Below, piece after piece: positions 38,687-48,856 of a DNA stretch of 64,000 bases. Each line of letters begins with the position of its first letter. Position 1 is the first letter of the stretch. The DNA lies in NCBI GenBank assembly GCA_959599915.1, contig CAUGJE010000009.1:20031-84030 (forward strand), given 5' to 3'. Made by a program: the position numbers and the translations under genes. The DNA is from an uncultured Collinsella sp. Its GTDB lineage: Bacteria; Actinomycetota; Coriobacteriia; Coriobacteriales; Coriobacteriaceae. Under the pieces are notes generated by a model. The model did no database searches. It saw nothing but the letters and a program-made list of their open reading frames with translations, and was not told where the DNA came from.

Positions 38687-40444
38687 TTACTCGGCATCCT
38701 CGACCTCATACGAATCCGCCTCGGCTGGCTCCTCGTTTGTCTCTGGCGCAGCCTCGCGCGCCTCGTCAAACGCTGCCTTCATGGTCTTGTTGCCCCATGT
38801 GAGCTTGCGAATGGTAAGCTCATCGGCCTTGTTGTGGGCCAAGCGTAGGTTCTCGGTGCTGCGGCGCAAGTCGTCCTTGGTCTTCTCGAGCTGCTTAATG
38901 GCGGCATCGATCTCCTTGATTGCCGACTCGAATTGCTTGCTCGCCAGGTTGTAGTTGCGCGAGAAGCCATCCTTGAACTTCTCCATCTTGGCTTCGAAGT
39001 TCGTGACATCGATATTCTGCTGTTTGTACTCCGCCAGTTCCTGCTTATAGCGAAGCGAACCCATAGCGGCGTTGCGAAGGAGCGTAATCATGGGGATGAA
39101 GAACTGCGGGCGGATCACGTACATCTTCTCATAGCGGTAACTCACGTCGACGATACCCGCGTTATAGAGGTCACTCTCGGGCTCCAGCAGGGTGCAGAGC
39201 ACCGCATACTCGCAGCCTTTCTGGCGGCGATCGTGATCGAGTTTCTTAAAGAAATCCTCGTTCTTGTGTTTGGTCGCGGTCTCGTCGTTCTCGTTTTTCA
39301 TCTCGAACATGATCGAAATGATCTCGTTGCCGCTCGCGTCGCACTCGCGGAAGATAAAGTCGCCCTTGGTGCCCTCGGACGCATCGTTATCTTTCTCGAA
39401 GTACGCGTTGGGAAACGCCGTCATGCGCAGACGATTAAACTCGGTCTCGCAGTGCTGCTCGAGCGACTCGCCCACCATCTTGGTGGACAGGCGGACCTTC
39501 ATGTCCTTAAGGCGCTCAATCTCTTCATCCTTGTAGCGAATCAGTTCCTCGTTCGCGCGCTTGGTCTGCGCAAGTTCGAGCTCGTGTGCCGCCTTGGCCT
39601 GCTCCTCGCGTGAATCGCGCACCGCCAGCTCACTCGTGAGCTTGGCGCGGGCCTCGTCACGCTCACGCTCCGCCGCGGCGACCGCCTCCGATAGGTTCAT
39701 CTTGGCCGTCAGTTCCTGTTCGCGCAGCTGAGCACGCAGACCCTCGGCCTCCTGCTCGGACTGAGCCTTTGCGACGGAAAACTTCTCCTGAACCTTCGCG
39801 CGATAGTCAGCAAGCGTACGTTCGGCCTCGCTGCGAGCGGCCTCGAGCTCACGCTGCGATTCGGCCGCAGCAGCAGCAAGCGCCATCTCCTGGGCCTTGT
39901 CCGCCGCGGCGAGCCTGGCTTGCAGCTCGGCAATCTGGGCATCACGTGCGGACAGGTCGTTTTGAGCAGCATTGCGTGCCGCTGCCTCGGCAAGCTTGGC
40001 TTCATCATCTTTGCGCCCCAACTGCGCACGCAGGTTGTCGATCTCGCGCTGCAGTTCGGCATTCTCCTTTTGAGCATCGGCGCGGGCCTCAACCGCCGCG
40101 CGCTGGCTTGCACTCTCGCGCTCTGCAGTAGCGCCTTCGAGCTTGGCGCGCAGCTCGGCAAGCTCGGCATCGCGCTTGGCGACTTCTTGCGCCAGCTGTT
40201 GAGCCGCAGCGTTCTTCTGCTCTACGAGCTCAGCGTCGCGCTGAGACTCTGCCTTTTGCAAGGCAGCCGTCGAACGCGAACGCTCAAGCTCCAGCGCCTG
40301 CTCGCCCTCGCGCTGGACCGCCTTCACACGCTCATCAAGATCGCGCGAGAACTCGGCATCGCGCACCTGTTTGACGATATCTGCATAGCCGGACGCATCG
40401 CCCTTAAACACTTCGCCGCAATGCGGGCACTTGATCTCGTTCAT
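38687..40444 (-). CDS. DUF2130 domain coiled-coil protein
   Basis: IKCPHCG; long coiled coil; STKMVGESLEQHC, KGDFIFR, IMFEMKNE, YVIRPQFF. Confidence 0.85.
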   Translation of the reverse strand: MNEIKCPHCGEVFKGDASGYADIVKQVRDAEFSRDLDERVKAVQREGEQALELERSRSTAALQKAESQRDAELVEQKNAAAQQLAQEVAKRDAELAELRAKLEGATAERESASQRAAVEARADAQKENAELQREIDNLRAQLGRKDDEAKLAEAAARNAAQNDLSARDAQIAELQARLAAADKAQEMALAAAAAESQRELEAARSEAERTLADYRAKVQEKFSVAKAQSEQEAEGLRAQLREQELTAKMNLSEAVAAAERERDEARAKLTSELAVRDSREEQAKAAHELELAQTKRANEELIRYKDEEIERLKDMKVRLSTKMVGESLEQHCETEFNRLRMTAFPNAYFEKDNDASEGTKGDFIFRECDASGNEIISIMFEMKNENDETATKHKNEDFFKKLDHDRRQKGCEYAVLCTLLEPESDLYNAGIVDVSYRYEKMYVIRPQFFIPMITLLRNAAMGSLRYKQELAEYKQQNIDVTNFEAKMEKFKDGFSRNYNLASKQFESAIKEIDAAIKQLEKTKDDLRRSTENLRLAHNKADELTIRKLTWGNKTMKAAFDEAREAAPETNEEPAEADSYEVEDAE

Positions 40445-40583
40445 GGCAGCTCCTCGATGGACGCAAATTTCAACCGCCTACACTCTACCGCGCCGCACGG
40501 ACAAAAAAGACGCCGCCGCCATAATGGCAACGGCGCCAGAACCACCACAAAGGCGACTGTCCCCTTTGTGGTGACTTGGGTCC

Positions 40584-41348
40584 TTACAGGTCGCGGTAGT
40601 CGATCAGGCGAAGATCAGGTTGAGACTCAAGCCAAGTGCGAAGCTCGGGGTCGATCAGCGCATCGACTTCCTTGGTGCGGTCGGTCGTGAGCGAGCTGTT
40701 CTCCAGGATAAAACGATCGAGATAGCCCGGATGGCACACAAAGACGACCGTCTCGCCGTCCACCATCTCGCGAACCGTCTGCATGATTGCCTCTTTGGGC
40801 TCGTAGCCCGGCTCCATCGAGCGCATCACCATGCGCAGATCAGTATCTCCGCAATGCACCACAGCCGCGGGGTCGAAGCTCGCCTTTTGCTCCTTAAGGC
40901 CCAGCTCCTGAGCAACCGCCGAGATCGCTCGGTTAAGGTTTTTGCTCATGACGGCATGGGCCTCAAAGTAATCGGGCTCGCGGCCCACGATCTCGACAAA
41001 GCGGTCATGCTGCGCGCGGATCTCGATGCAGGCCTCGTCGAAGTCTATCAACTCCTCGCCGCGCTTAAAATGATCGCGGAAGGTACGGCTGCTATGGAAC
41101 TCGCCGTTCTCGTTGAGCATGCTCGGAATGAGCGCCGGGTCGGCACACGGCTTGCCCAGGCACACGTTGGTGTGCTGACCCACCGCAATGCCGACATCCG
41201 CCACGAGCGACCAGCCACGCTCGGCCTCGGGCATATTGGGCATAAGTCCCGCCGAGCGCACCAGGCCCTCATTGATACTGCGGGCAATCCCCAGGTTAAC
41301 GGCATACGAATAACCGATATCGTCGGCACGAATGAGCAATTGCTTCAT
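40584..41348 (-). CDS. ChbG/YdjC-family carbohydrate deacetylase
   Basis: LIRADDIG, GQHTN, EAHA and CHPGY motifs. Confidence 0.88.
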   Translation of the reverse strand: MKQLLIRADDIGYSYAVNLGIARSINEGLVRSAGLMPNMPEAERGWSLVADVGIAVGQHTNVCLGKPCADPALIPSMLNENGEFHSSRTFRDHFKRGEELIDFDEACIEIRAQHDRFVEIVGREPDYFEAHAVMSKNLNRAISAVAQELGLKEQKASFDPAAVVHCGDTDLRMVMRSMEPGYEPKEAIMQTVREMVDGETVVFVCHPGYLDRFILENSSLTTDRTKEVDALIDPELRTWLESQPDLRLIDYRDL

Positions 41349-41425
41349 ATTGACCCCCATCTACGGAAAGGGACACTTGAAGCGCAGCCAAGTGCCCCAG
41401 ATAATTGTCCTACCGAACGGATGCT

Positions 41426-42874
41426 TTAGGCTTTGGCGGCAGCAGCGTCTTCGTCGAGCTGCTCCTTGGTAAAGCCAAAGAAGTAGGCGATGGCAGCGGC
41501 GGCAACAAATGCAGTGCCCGATGCAACGCAGCCCCATACGAGATTAGCAGTTCCGCCTGCAACATAACCTGTAATACCAAGGATATTAGTTGCGCCCAAA
41601 ACATACGTGGTCACATTAGTGAGAGCCGCGATCAGGCCGCCGATAGCGCCGCCCGCGACCATGGCACCCAGGCAGCGAGTATACTTAAAGCCGCAGCCAT
41701 ACAGCGCGGGCTCCGTCACGCCACCGACAATGCCGGAGAGCGAGAAACCAAGCATAGCGCCCTTTTCGTCGACCTCCTTAAGGCGCAGGAAGGCACCGAA
41801 GGCCATGCCCCACGTGGCGAACTGAGCGATAGCACCCGCGACCATAACGCAGGAGTCAGACCCTGAGGTGAGCACCTGCACAATGCCGAGGGCAATCAGA
41901 ACCTGGTGCATACCGGTCATAACCAGGAACTCCCAAAGCGCAGCAATGGCGACGAGGGAGAGGATCGTGACGATGCCGCCAGCGTTTCCGAGGCCGAACA
42001 TAAAGTTGCCGACCAGGTCGCCCAGAATGGAACCAATCGGAGCTAGGGCGCACAGGGAAACGGGGGTCATCACAGCCATGGTGCACACGGGCACAAACAC
42101 CGTGGAGAGCATGTCGGGGATGATCTTCTTCATGAACTTCTCGACGACCATCAGCACCGGCATAGACAGCAGCATGGGGAGCACGGTCGCAGAATAGTTG
42201 TTCAGCTGAGCCGGGAGCGCGCCGTAAACCATCGTGGTCGTAGCACCCGAATCCGCCGCAGCGTTGACCAGCGTCATGAACTCAGGGGCAATGAGCACGC
42301 CGCCGAGCATCATGCCGAGCGGCTGGCTGCAGCCGAGCTGCTTTGCGGCAGCCCAACCCAGATAAACAGGGAGGAAATAATAGCCTGCGTTGTAAATCCA
42401 GTTGTAGAAGAAGTTGTAGATGTCGGAATCAGCAGACCAGATACCGAGCATGCCGTCGCCGCAAAGTACGGCAAGTGTGCGGAACATGGCGGCGCCCATG
42501 ATAATGGGGATCGTCATGCACATTGTCTTGGACAGGTAGTTAAGGGCCTTCTTGCCCGCAGTCTTGACCGTCAGTGGCTCCTTGATGCCGTCATCGAGGT
42601 TCTCGTCAATGGAGCCTTCGCCCTTGACGCCCAGCGCAATGGCGGCGTCATAGACCTTCGGCACGTTCTGGCCAATGATGACCTGATACTGGCCGCCAGA
42701 CCACTGTGCACCCAGCACGCCCTTGATCTTCTTTACTTCATCGTCATTGGGAATGGACTGATCCTTGAGGTTCAGACGCAGGCGGGTCATGCAGTGCGTC
42801 GCGTTCGTCACATTGGAGGCGCCGCCGACGGCAGCAAGCACGTCCTCGGCAATCTTCTTGTTATCGACAGCCAT
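41426..42874 (-). CDS. PTS EIIBC transporter (beta-glucoside/sucrose type)
   Basis: VGGASNV..ATHCMTRLRL, QYQVIIG, MTGMHQ, GVTEPALYG. Confidence 0.92.
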   Translation of the reverse strand: MAVDNKKIAEDVLAAVGGASNVTNATHCMTRLRLNLKDQSIPNDDEVKKIKGVLGAQWSGGQYQVIIGQNVPKVYDAAIALGVKGEGSIDENLDDGIKEPLTVKTAGKKALNYLSKTMCMTIPIIMGAAMFRTLAVLCGDGMLGIWSADSDIYNFFYNWIYNAGYYFLPVYLGWAAAKQLGCSQPLGMMLGGVLIAPEFMTLVNAAADSGATTTMVYGALPAQLNNYSATVLPMLLSMPVLMVVEKFMKKIIPDMLSTVFVPVCTMAVMTPVSLCALAPIGSILGDLVGNFMFGLGNAGGIVTILSLVAIAALWEFLVMTGMHQVLIALGIVQVLTSGSDSCVMVAGAIAQFATWGMAFGAFLRLKEVDEKGAMLGFSLSGIVGGVTEPALYGCGFKYTRCLGAMVAGGAIGGLIAALTNVTTYVLGATNILGITGYVAGGTANLVWGCVASGTAFVAAAAIAYFFGFTKEQLDEDAAAAKA

Positions 42875-43012
42875 GTCGAATCCCTTCTCTTCCAACTAAA
42901 GGCCGTGGGACTTCACGGCACCAAGACGCACAATTCCGCTCGCGCCTGCGCAGCGCGCGACATCAGTTGGCAAGAGATTGATTTGCATGTGATTCCCGGG
43001 TGGATCGACATG

Positions 43013-43118
43013 AAAAAGCCCCGCGCACAACCGACAGAGACCCAATTATGGCCTCGGCAGAATCGGTAGTGCCTCTCGGAGCTGCGCCGTGAGTAACACC
43101 CAAAACACGGCGAGTATA
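43013..43118 (-). promoter_or_regulatory. RAT-like antiterminator, overlapping terminator and -10 box upstream of the PTS gene
   Basis: Minus strand GGGTGTTACTC...GAGGCACTACC (43101-43065) resembles bgl/lic RAT; hairpin ending GGGGCTTTTT; TATACT at 43118-43113. Confidence 0.7.
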
Positions 43119-43213
43119 TGCGGCAGATGCGTTCGTTGCGGCTCAGATTACCGACGAACGGTAGCAAACGACCAGCGAACGGTCGCCATGACGGAAAGGA
43201 AATACCAGAGAGC

Positions 43214-44050
43214 CTATTTATCCGAGTGGACAGAAGCCACGCGATTCACATGCATGATCAGATAGACGAGCTCCTCTTGGGCCAATGGCTCGCCAAAGGT
43301 CTCTTGAATCAGATCGTCGACACGGTGAGCGCAACGCGATGCCGCCGGATACTGCTCCACGAGCACGTCGTAAAGACCGGAGTTCTCGGTATCGATCGGC
43401 TCTTTCTTTGCCACGCGGTCGAGCAGATAGCGCACATGAGTGGCAAAGCGGGCAAAGGCGAACGACGAGCGATCGACCGTCACACCCAACTCTTCTTGAA
43501 TAATCGCGACCGTCATATCGAGCAGTCGCTCCTCGTGCTGCTCGGCAAGCACGCGCCGCTCGCTCGGCTTAACCGATGCGTTGACAATCGACATGGCAAT
43601 GCCCGCGGCCTCGCTTCGGGACATGCGCACATGAAAGCTCTTCTGGATACCGCGAACAGCCAGCTCGCCCAAGCGGTATTCGATGGGATGCAGCTGCTCA
43701 AGATCGCGCTCAAGCGGCAACGACACCACCATGTGTTCGCGGGCACGCTTAATGGCAAACTGAATATGGTCTGCCAATGTAATGGGAAGGTTAGGACTCA
43801 ATTCGTACGAAAGCTGTCCGGTCGCGATATCGGCCAGCTGAGCAGAAAACTCCAGCACCTCGGGATCGACCTCATCGATAAACGCCAGGTACTTTGAATC
43901 AATGCCGTAAAAGGTACGCGTGATGACATCCAGGTCGACCTCATGCGGCATATCGCCAAAGCCGATACCACGACCCAGCGCGATAAGCTGACGCCCCGCG
44001 CCGTCTTCGCAGATGGCAGCGTTATGGTTAATGCGCTGGATAGCCCTCAT
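43214..44050 (-). CDS. BglG/LicT-family transcriptional antiterminator (CAT-PRD-PRD)
   Basis: INHNAA, GRGIGF, LADHIQFAI, RFATHVRY, YLIMHV. Confidence 0.92.
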   Translation of the reverse strand: MRAIQRINHNAAICEDGAGRQLIALGRGIGFGDMPHEVDLDVITRTFYGIDSKYLAFIDEVDPEVLEFSAQLADIATGQLSYELSPNLPITLADHIQFAIKRAREHMVVSLPLERDLEQLHPIEYRLGELAVRGIQKSFHVRMSRSEAAGIAMSIVNASVKPSERRVLAEQHEERLLDMTVAIIQEELGVTVDRSSFAFARFATHVRYLLDRVAKKEPIDTENSGLYDVLVEQYPAASRCAHRVDDLIQETFGEPLAQEELVYLIMHVNRVASVHSDK

Positions 44051-44123
44051 GGATTCATCGCTCCTACTGAAACGCGCCGCACAGACCATCCGCGCGGCGC
44101 GTTCATTCTACCTGCACTTACAG

Positions 44124-44669
44124 CTACAGTCCAAAGAAGCCTAGGATTTGGTCACGGCTTACGGGCTTGTACTCGTTGGCATCGAGGCCGACATCATAGC
44201 GAAAGATGGGGCGCTCGCGATCGCGGTTGCGCGCGTTGGTGCGGTCTCCCCTGCTGTGGATATGCCCGTGCAACATGATGGCGCCACGCGCCTTGCCGTT
44301 CCAGCTGAGCATGGGGTAATGGCTCATTACCAGGCGATGGCCCTTAGCGTAACCGGGGGCGACCTCCAGATAATCGCGCACCTCATCCCAAATGTGCGGC
44401 GCGTCTGGATCTTCCCAGTCGCCGTCATGGTTACCGCAGATGAGCGTTACGTTCTGACATTCGATGCGCTCGCGCAGGCGCACCGCCTCCACCATGGGCA
44501 ATCGATACGTAAAGTCTCCCAGGACATAAAGGCGGTCGTCCACAGCCACGCACTCGTTGATGGCATCGATGACACGGCGGTTCATCTCCTCGACCGAGTC
44601 AAACGGTCGATCCATGTCGTGCAGGATATTCGTATCGCCCAGGTGCAGGTCGGCGGTAAACCACATCAT
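44124..44669 (-). CDS. Calcineurin-like metallophosphoesterase
   Basis: ADLHLG, LGDF, GNHD, SHYP and HGHIH motifs. Confidence 0.88.
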   Translation of the reverse strand: MMWFTADLHLGDTNILHDMDRPFDSVEEMNRRVIDAINECVAVDDRLYVLGDFTYRLPMVEAVRLRERIECQNVTLICGNHDGDWEDPDAPHIWDEVRDYLEVAPGYAKGHRLVMSHYPMLSWNGKARGAIMLHGHIHSRGDRTNARNRDRERPIFRYDVGLDANEYKPVSRDQILGFFGL

Positions 44670-44735
44670 CGTCTCTGTCCTCATTTCGCAACGCGTATAA
44701 GACCTGTCTAGTATACAGACGCAGCGATGCGACAA

Positions 44736-44915
44736 TTACCCAAAGAGCCCACCGAACAGACCTCGGCGGCGCTTGTCCTTTTTATTCGAACCTTTACCCC
44801 GGGCGTTCTTATCCTTTTGCTTTTTGCGGTCCTGCTCCAACTCATCGTCATCGAGCAGCGAATCCCACTCAAACGGATCGTCTACCAGATTGAACAGGTC
44901 ATCGTCATCAAACAT
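44736..44915 (-). CDS. Small 59-aa hypothetical protein (acidic, then basic, then amphipathic tail)
   Basis: SD GGAGG then ATG; MFDDDDLF...KKDKRRRGLFGGLFG. Confidence 0.6.
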   Translation of the reverse strand: MFDDDDLFNLVDDPFEWDSLLDDDELEQDRKKQKDKNARGKGSNKKDKRRRGLFGGLFG

Positions 44916-45179
44916 GACCGCCTCCATCACCGATTAGCGAGTATCCACCACATAGTTGAGAAGTCTACGGGTTCGTGCGGACACAAATTCACCCCGTCCG
45001 TGTCTTTCAATCGTTTGCCGCAACGCTTGCGCAACGGAACGCTTGCAGATAAGATAGGAACACGGATGGCACCCGTGACAGCGGGTCTTGCCAACTCCGA
45101 TACACGTTTTCATCGTGAGAAATGGCCGTCTTCGCTTACGCGGGGACGGCCACTTTGTTTATCCCTATGTCATCTGATT

Positions 45180-46559
45180 CTAATGCACAAACATGCGCAC
45201 GAACTTGTGCTTCCAGCTTGCGTAAGGAGCATAGCGGAATGGCACGTCGAGCCAGGTTGCCTTGTTCACGATGCTCTTCTTGTGACTAAACGTATCGAAG
45301 CTCTCGCGGCCATGGTACTGCCCCATACCGCTCGCGCCCATGCCGCCAAAGCCCATATGGCTCGTAGCCAGATGCATGATCGTGTCGTTGACGCAGCCGC
45401 CGCCAAAGGGCACGTAACGCACAAAGCGTTGCTGAGCCGCATGGTCCTGGCTAAAGATATACAGAGCTAGCGGCGTCGGACGATCCGCAATAAACGTCTC
45501 TGCCTCGTCTAGGCTCTCAAACGTCAGCACCGGCAAGATGGGGCCGAAAATCTCCTCCTGCATTACGGCGTCATCGGGGGTCACGCCGTCTAGAATCGTC
45601 GGCTCAATCTTGAGCGACGACTCGCGCGCGGTACCTCCAAGCACAACCTTATAGGGATCGATCAGCCCGCGCACGCGCGCAAAATGCTTGGCGTTGACGA
45701 TATGACCGTAATCCTCGTTGTCGAGCGGATGCTCGCCAAACATGCGACGGGTCTCCTCCCTGATGAGGCCCAACAGCTCATCGTGTACGCGCGTATCGAC
45801 CAGCAGGTAGTCGGGCGCCACGCAGGTCTGCCCCACGTTGAGCCATTTACCAAAGGCGATACGCCGTGCCGCAACCTTCAAGTTTGCCGTCGCATCCACG
45901 ATGCAGGGACTCTTTCCGCCCAGCTCAAGCGTCACGGGCGTAAGGTTTTTACTTGCGCGCTCCATGACGAGCTTGCCGACCGGAACGCTACCGGTAAAGA
46001 AGATCTTGTCCCAGCACTCATCGAGTAGCGCTTCGTTTTCGGCCCGCCCGCCCTCGACAACCGTCACCAAGCGCGGATCAAATGCCTCTTCACAGATTTG
46101 CTTGAGCACCGCGCTCGATGCCGGAGCATAGGCGCTCGGCTTGATGACCACAGTATTGCCCGCGGCAAGGGCGCCGGCGAGTGGCTCGAGCGTCAGCAAA
46201 AACGGGTAGTTCCACGGAGCCATGATGAGCGTGACGCCATAGGGCACGGCTTGCGTTTTGCACACACTCACGGCGTTGGCAAGGTCACACGGACGCAGGC
46301 GCGGACGACTCCATCGAGCCACATGCACAATCTGATGACGAATCTCGGAAAGCGACGTGCCGATCTCGCACATATATGCCTCGTCATGCGACTTTCCCAA
46401 ATCGGTCTTGAGCGCATGGGCAATATCGGCCTCGTGCGCCCGTACCGTATCGCGCAAACTCACGAGCGCGCGACGTCGAGTATCGACATCAAACGTAGCG
46501 TGCGTCTTAAAGTAGGCGCGCTGATCGCCGACGATGCGCGCAATTTCCTCGGTGTTCAT
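45180..46559 (-). CDS. NAD(P)-dependent aldehyde dehydrogenase (ALDH3/YwdH-like)
   Basis: PWNYP, FTGS, LELGGKSP, GQTCVAPDY, EEIFGP. Confidence 0.93.
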   Translation of the reverse strand: MNTEEIARIVGDQRAYFKTHATFDVDTRRRALVSLRDTVRAHEADIAHALKTDLGKSHDEAYMCEIGTSLSEIRHQIVHVARWSRPRLRPCDLANAVSVCKTQAVPYGVTLIMAPWNYPFLLTLEPLAGALAAGNTVVIKPSAYAPASSAVLKQICEEAFDPRLVTVVEGGRAENEALLDECWDKIFFTGSVPVGKLVMERASKNLTPVTLELGGKSPCIVDATANLKVAARRIAFGKWLNVGQTCVAPDYLLVDTRVHDELLGLIREETRRMFGEHPLDNEDYGHIVNAKHFARVRGLIDPYKVVLGGTARESSLKIEPTILDGVTPDDAVMQEEIFGPILPVLTFESLDEAETFIADRPTPLALYIFSQDHAAQQRFVRYVPFGGGCVNDTIMHLATSHMGFGGMGASGMGQYHGRESFDTFSHKKSIVNKATWLDVPFRYAPYASWKHKFVRMFVH

Positions 46560-46567
46560 GGACCCTC

Positions 46568-47788
46568 CTAGTTCTCGTCCTCAAACATACCACCCGCGAC
46601 GACCTCGTACATATGCTCGAGCTCCAGGCGGTCCATTAGAAGCGGAACGGGGTATAGCGGATTGGCCTCGGCATCGGCATGGGCCGCCATTTGTGGAATA
46701 TCGGAGCGGCGAATGCCCGTCACATATTTGGGTATGCCCAAGGCGGCGTTCATGCGGTCGACCCAATCGATAAAGGCCTCAGCAGCCACGTTGTCCAGCG
46801 CATTAGCCGGCGCAATGCCGGCCATGCGGGCGAGATCGGCGAGCTTGGGAGCAGCAGCTTCGCCATAGGCGCGAAGCATGTGCGGCAGGATGATGGCGTT
46901 GGCCAAGCCGTGGGGAATCCCGTAACGCCCGCCCAGGCTGTGCGCGATGGCATGGACGTATCCAACATAAGAGCGCGTAAAGGCAACGCCCGCTTTATAC
47001 GCCGCCGAAAGCATATTGCGGCGCGCACGCATGTTGCCACCGCACTCATAGGCCTCGAGCAAATTGTCGTGGATGAGCTGCACCGCCTGGCGCGCCATCT
47101 TGCGCGTATAGGGCGTGGTGCTGCGCCCGATAAAGGCCTCGACGGCATGCGTCAGGGCGTCCATGCCCGTTTGCCCCGTAATGGAGGCGGGCAGGCCGCG
47201 CGTAAACTCGGGGTCGTGCACCGCAAAGCGCGGGATCAGCACAAAGTCGTTAATGGGATACTTGTAGTGCGTCTCGTCGTCGGTAATTACCGCTGCAAGC
47301 GTGACCTCGCTTCCCGTGCCCGCCGTGGTGGGAACGGCGATGAGCAGCGGCAGGCGACGATGGATACGCAACAGGCCGCGCATCTTGTTGATGGGCTTCT
47401 TTGGCTGCGCGATGCGCGCGCCCACGCCCTTGGCGCAGTCCATGGCCGAACCGCCGCCAAAGCCGATAATGGCCTGGCAGGTGCTCTCTCGATACAGAGA
47501 TGCCGCTTCCTCCACGTTTGAGACCGTGGGGTTCGCACGTGTTTCGGCATAGACCGCAGCGCTAATTCCCTTGGACGCGAGCGCTGTCTCGAGCGGTGCC
47601 GTGAGCCCCAGACGGGCAATGCCGGGATCTGTCACGATAAGAACATGGTGTATTGAACGCTTTTGAAGCACTGCGGGCACTTCCTCAGCGTGCTCTAAAA
47701 TGCGTGGCTCGGTATAGGGCAGCACCGGCAATGCGATGCGAAAAACCGTTTGATACGTTCGGCACCAGGCGCGGCGGGCTAGATGCAT
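46568..47788 (-). CDS. Iron-containing alcohol dehydrogenase
   Basis: GGGSAMDCAK, PTTAGTGSE, DALTHAVE, HAIAH, HGLAN. Confidence 0.92.
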   Translation of the reverse strand: MHLARRAWCRTYQTVFRIALPVLPYTEPRILEHAEEVPAVLQKRSIHHVLIVTDPGIARLGLTAPLETALASKGISAAVYAETRANPTVSNVEEAASLYRESTCQAIIGFGGGSAMDCAKGVGARIAQPKKPINKMRGLLRIHRRLPLLIAVPTTAGTGSEVTLAAVITDDETHYKYPINDFVLIPRFAVHDPEFTRGLPASITGQTGMDALTHAVEAFIGRSTTPYTRKMARQAVQLIHDNLLEAYECGGNMRARRNMLSAAYKAGVAFTRSYVGYVHAIAHSLGGRYGIPHGLANAIILPHMLRAYGEAAAPKLADLARMAGIAPANALDNVAAEAFIDWVDRMNAALGIPKYVTGIRRSDIPQMAAHADAEANPLYPVPLLMDRLELEHMYEVVAGGMFEDEN

Positions 47789-48044
47789 AAAGGAAGCTCC
47801 TTCATTTGTTGATTGGTCAACATTTGCTCGACCGATTGTACTCATCGGAGGTCGCACGAGGTCTAGCAATCGTTAATCAATCAACATCTACACATGCTTA
47901 AATTGTTTTATTAAAAATCATTCCTAATAGGCTTCACATTCGGTCTCATTTATGGATAATAGAACTCGTCAAGACGCACGTCCGGAGAGGGCCCTTATGG
48001 GACCGGGCGAGCGCACCATCGCCATCGATCGAAGGGATCGAATC

Positions 48045-48602
48045 ATGAAATTTGTTTGCCCCGTTTGCGGTTATGTTGAAGAGTACGACGGCGACCAGCT
48101 GCCCGAAGATTTTAAGTGCCCCCAGTGCGGAGTGCCCGGTTCCCGCTTCCTGAAGCAGGATGAGGGTGGCTTTACTTGGGCTGCCGAGCACGTTGTGGGC
48201 GTTGCCAAGGAGGGCGTGCCTGAGGACATCGTCGCCGACCTGCGCGCCAACTTTGAGGGCGAGTGCTCCGAGGTCGGTATGTACCTGGCCATGGCCCGCG
48301 TCGCTCATCGCGAGGGTTATCCCGAGGTTGGCCTTTATTACGAGAAGGCAGCCCATGAGGAGGCCGAGCACGCCGCCAAGTTCGCTGAGCTCCTGGGCGA
48401 GGTCGTGACCGACTCCACCAAGAAGAACCTCGAGATGCGCGTTGAGGCCGAGAATGGCGCCACCGCTGGTAAGACCGATCTCGCCAAGCGCGCCAAGGCT
48501 GCCAACCTCGATGCCATCCACGACACCGTCCACGAGATGGCTCGCGACGAGGCTCGTCACGGCAAGGCCTTCGAGGGCCTGCTGAAGCGCTACTTTGCCT
48601 AA
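48045..48602 (+). CDS. Reverse rubrerythrin (N-terminal rubredoxin), NADH peroxidase
   Basis: CPVCG and CPQCG; GECSE, EEAEHA, DEARHG. Confidence 0.92.
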   Translation: MKFVCPVCGYVEEYDGDQLPEDFKCPQCGVPGSRFLKQDEGGFTWAAEHVVGVAKEGVPEDIVADLRANFEGECSEVGMYLAMARVAHREGYPEVGLYYEKAAHEEAEHAAKFAELLGEVVTDSTKKNLEMRVEAENGATAGKTDLAKRAKAANLDAIHDTVHEMARDEARHGKAFEGLLKRYFA

Positions 48603-48632
48603 GCCAGCCGCCTGAGAGATAATCTCTAGCTC

Positions 48633-48667
48633 AAAAAAGGCCCGGACCACATGGTCCGGGCCTTTTT
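48633..48667. terminator. Bidirectional terminator after rubrerythrin
   Basis: AAAAAAGGCCCGGACC/GGTCCGGGCCTTTTT. Confidence 0.85.
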
Positions 48668-48735
48668 CGTGCCTCACAAAACATGTTAACGCCATGAAAT
48701 AGGACCACCTTAGGCCTCGGCTTTTCGTCAAAAAA

Positions 48736-48856
48736 TAAGTGAGTAGACTTTTTGGAACTTGCCGAGCAGGCCATCCATATTGCTTTATAAAACCGCAGGT
48801 AAATAACTTGCTGCAAACCGGTCTGGTCGCCATCACGCCAAAAGTCTACTCACTTA
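48736..48856. repeat. 121-bp palindromic element downstream of the nuclease gene; contains its stop codon
   Basis: TAAGTGAGTAGACTTTT...AAAAGTCTACTCACTTA; central AAAACCGCAGGTA. Confidence 0.92.

Noticed and set aside
38687..40444. Tandem DNA repeat or SMC-like defence gene in DUF2130
   Set aside because: The repetitiveness is ordinary coiled-coil heptads (RDAELAEL, RDAQIAEL) and there are no Walker motifs
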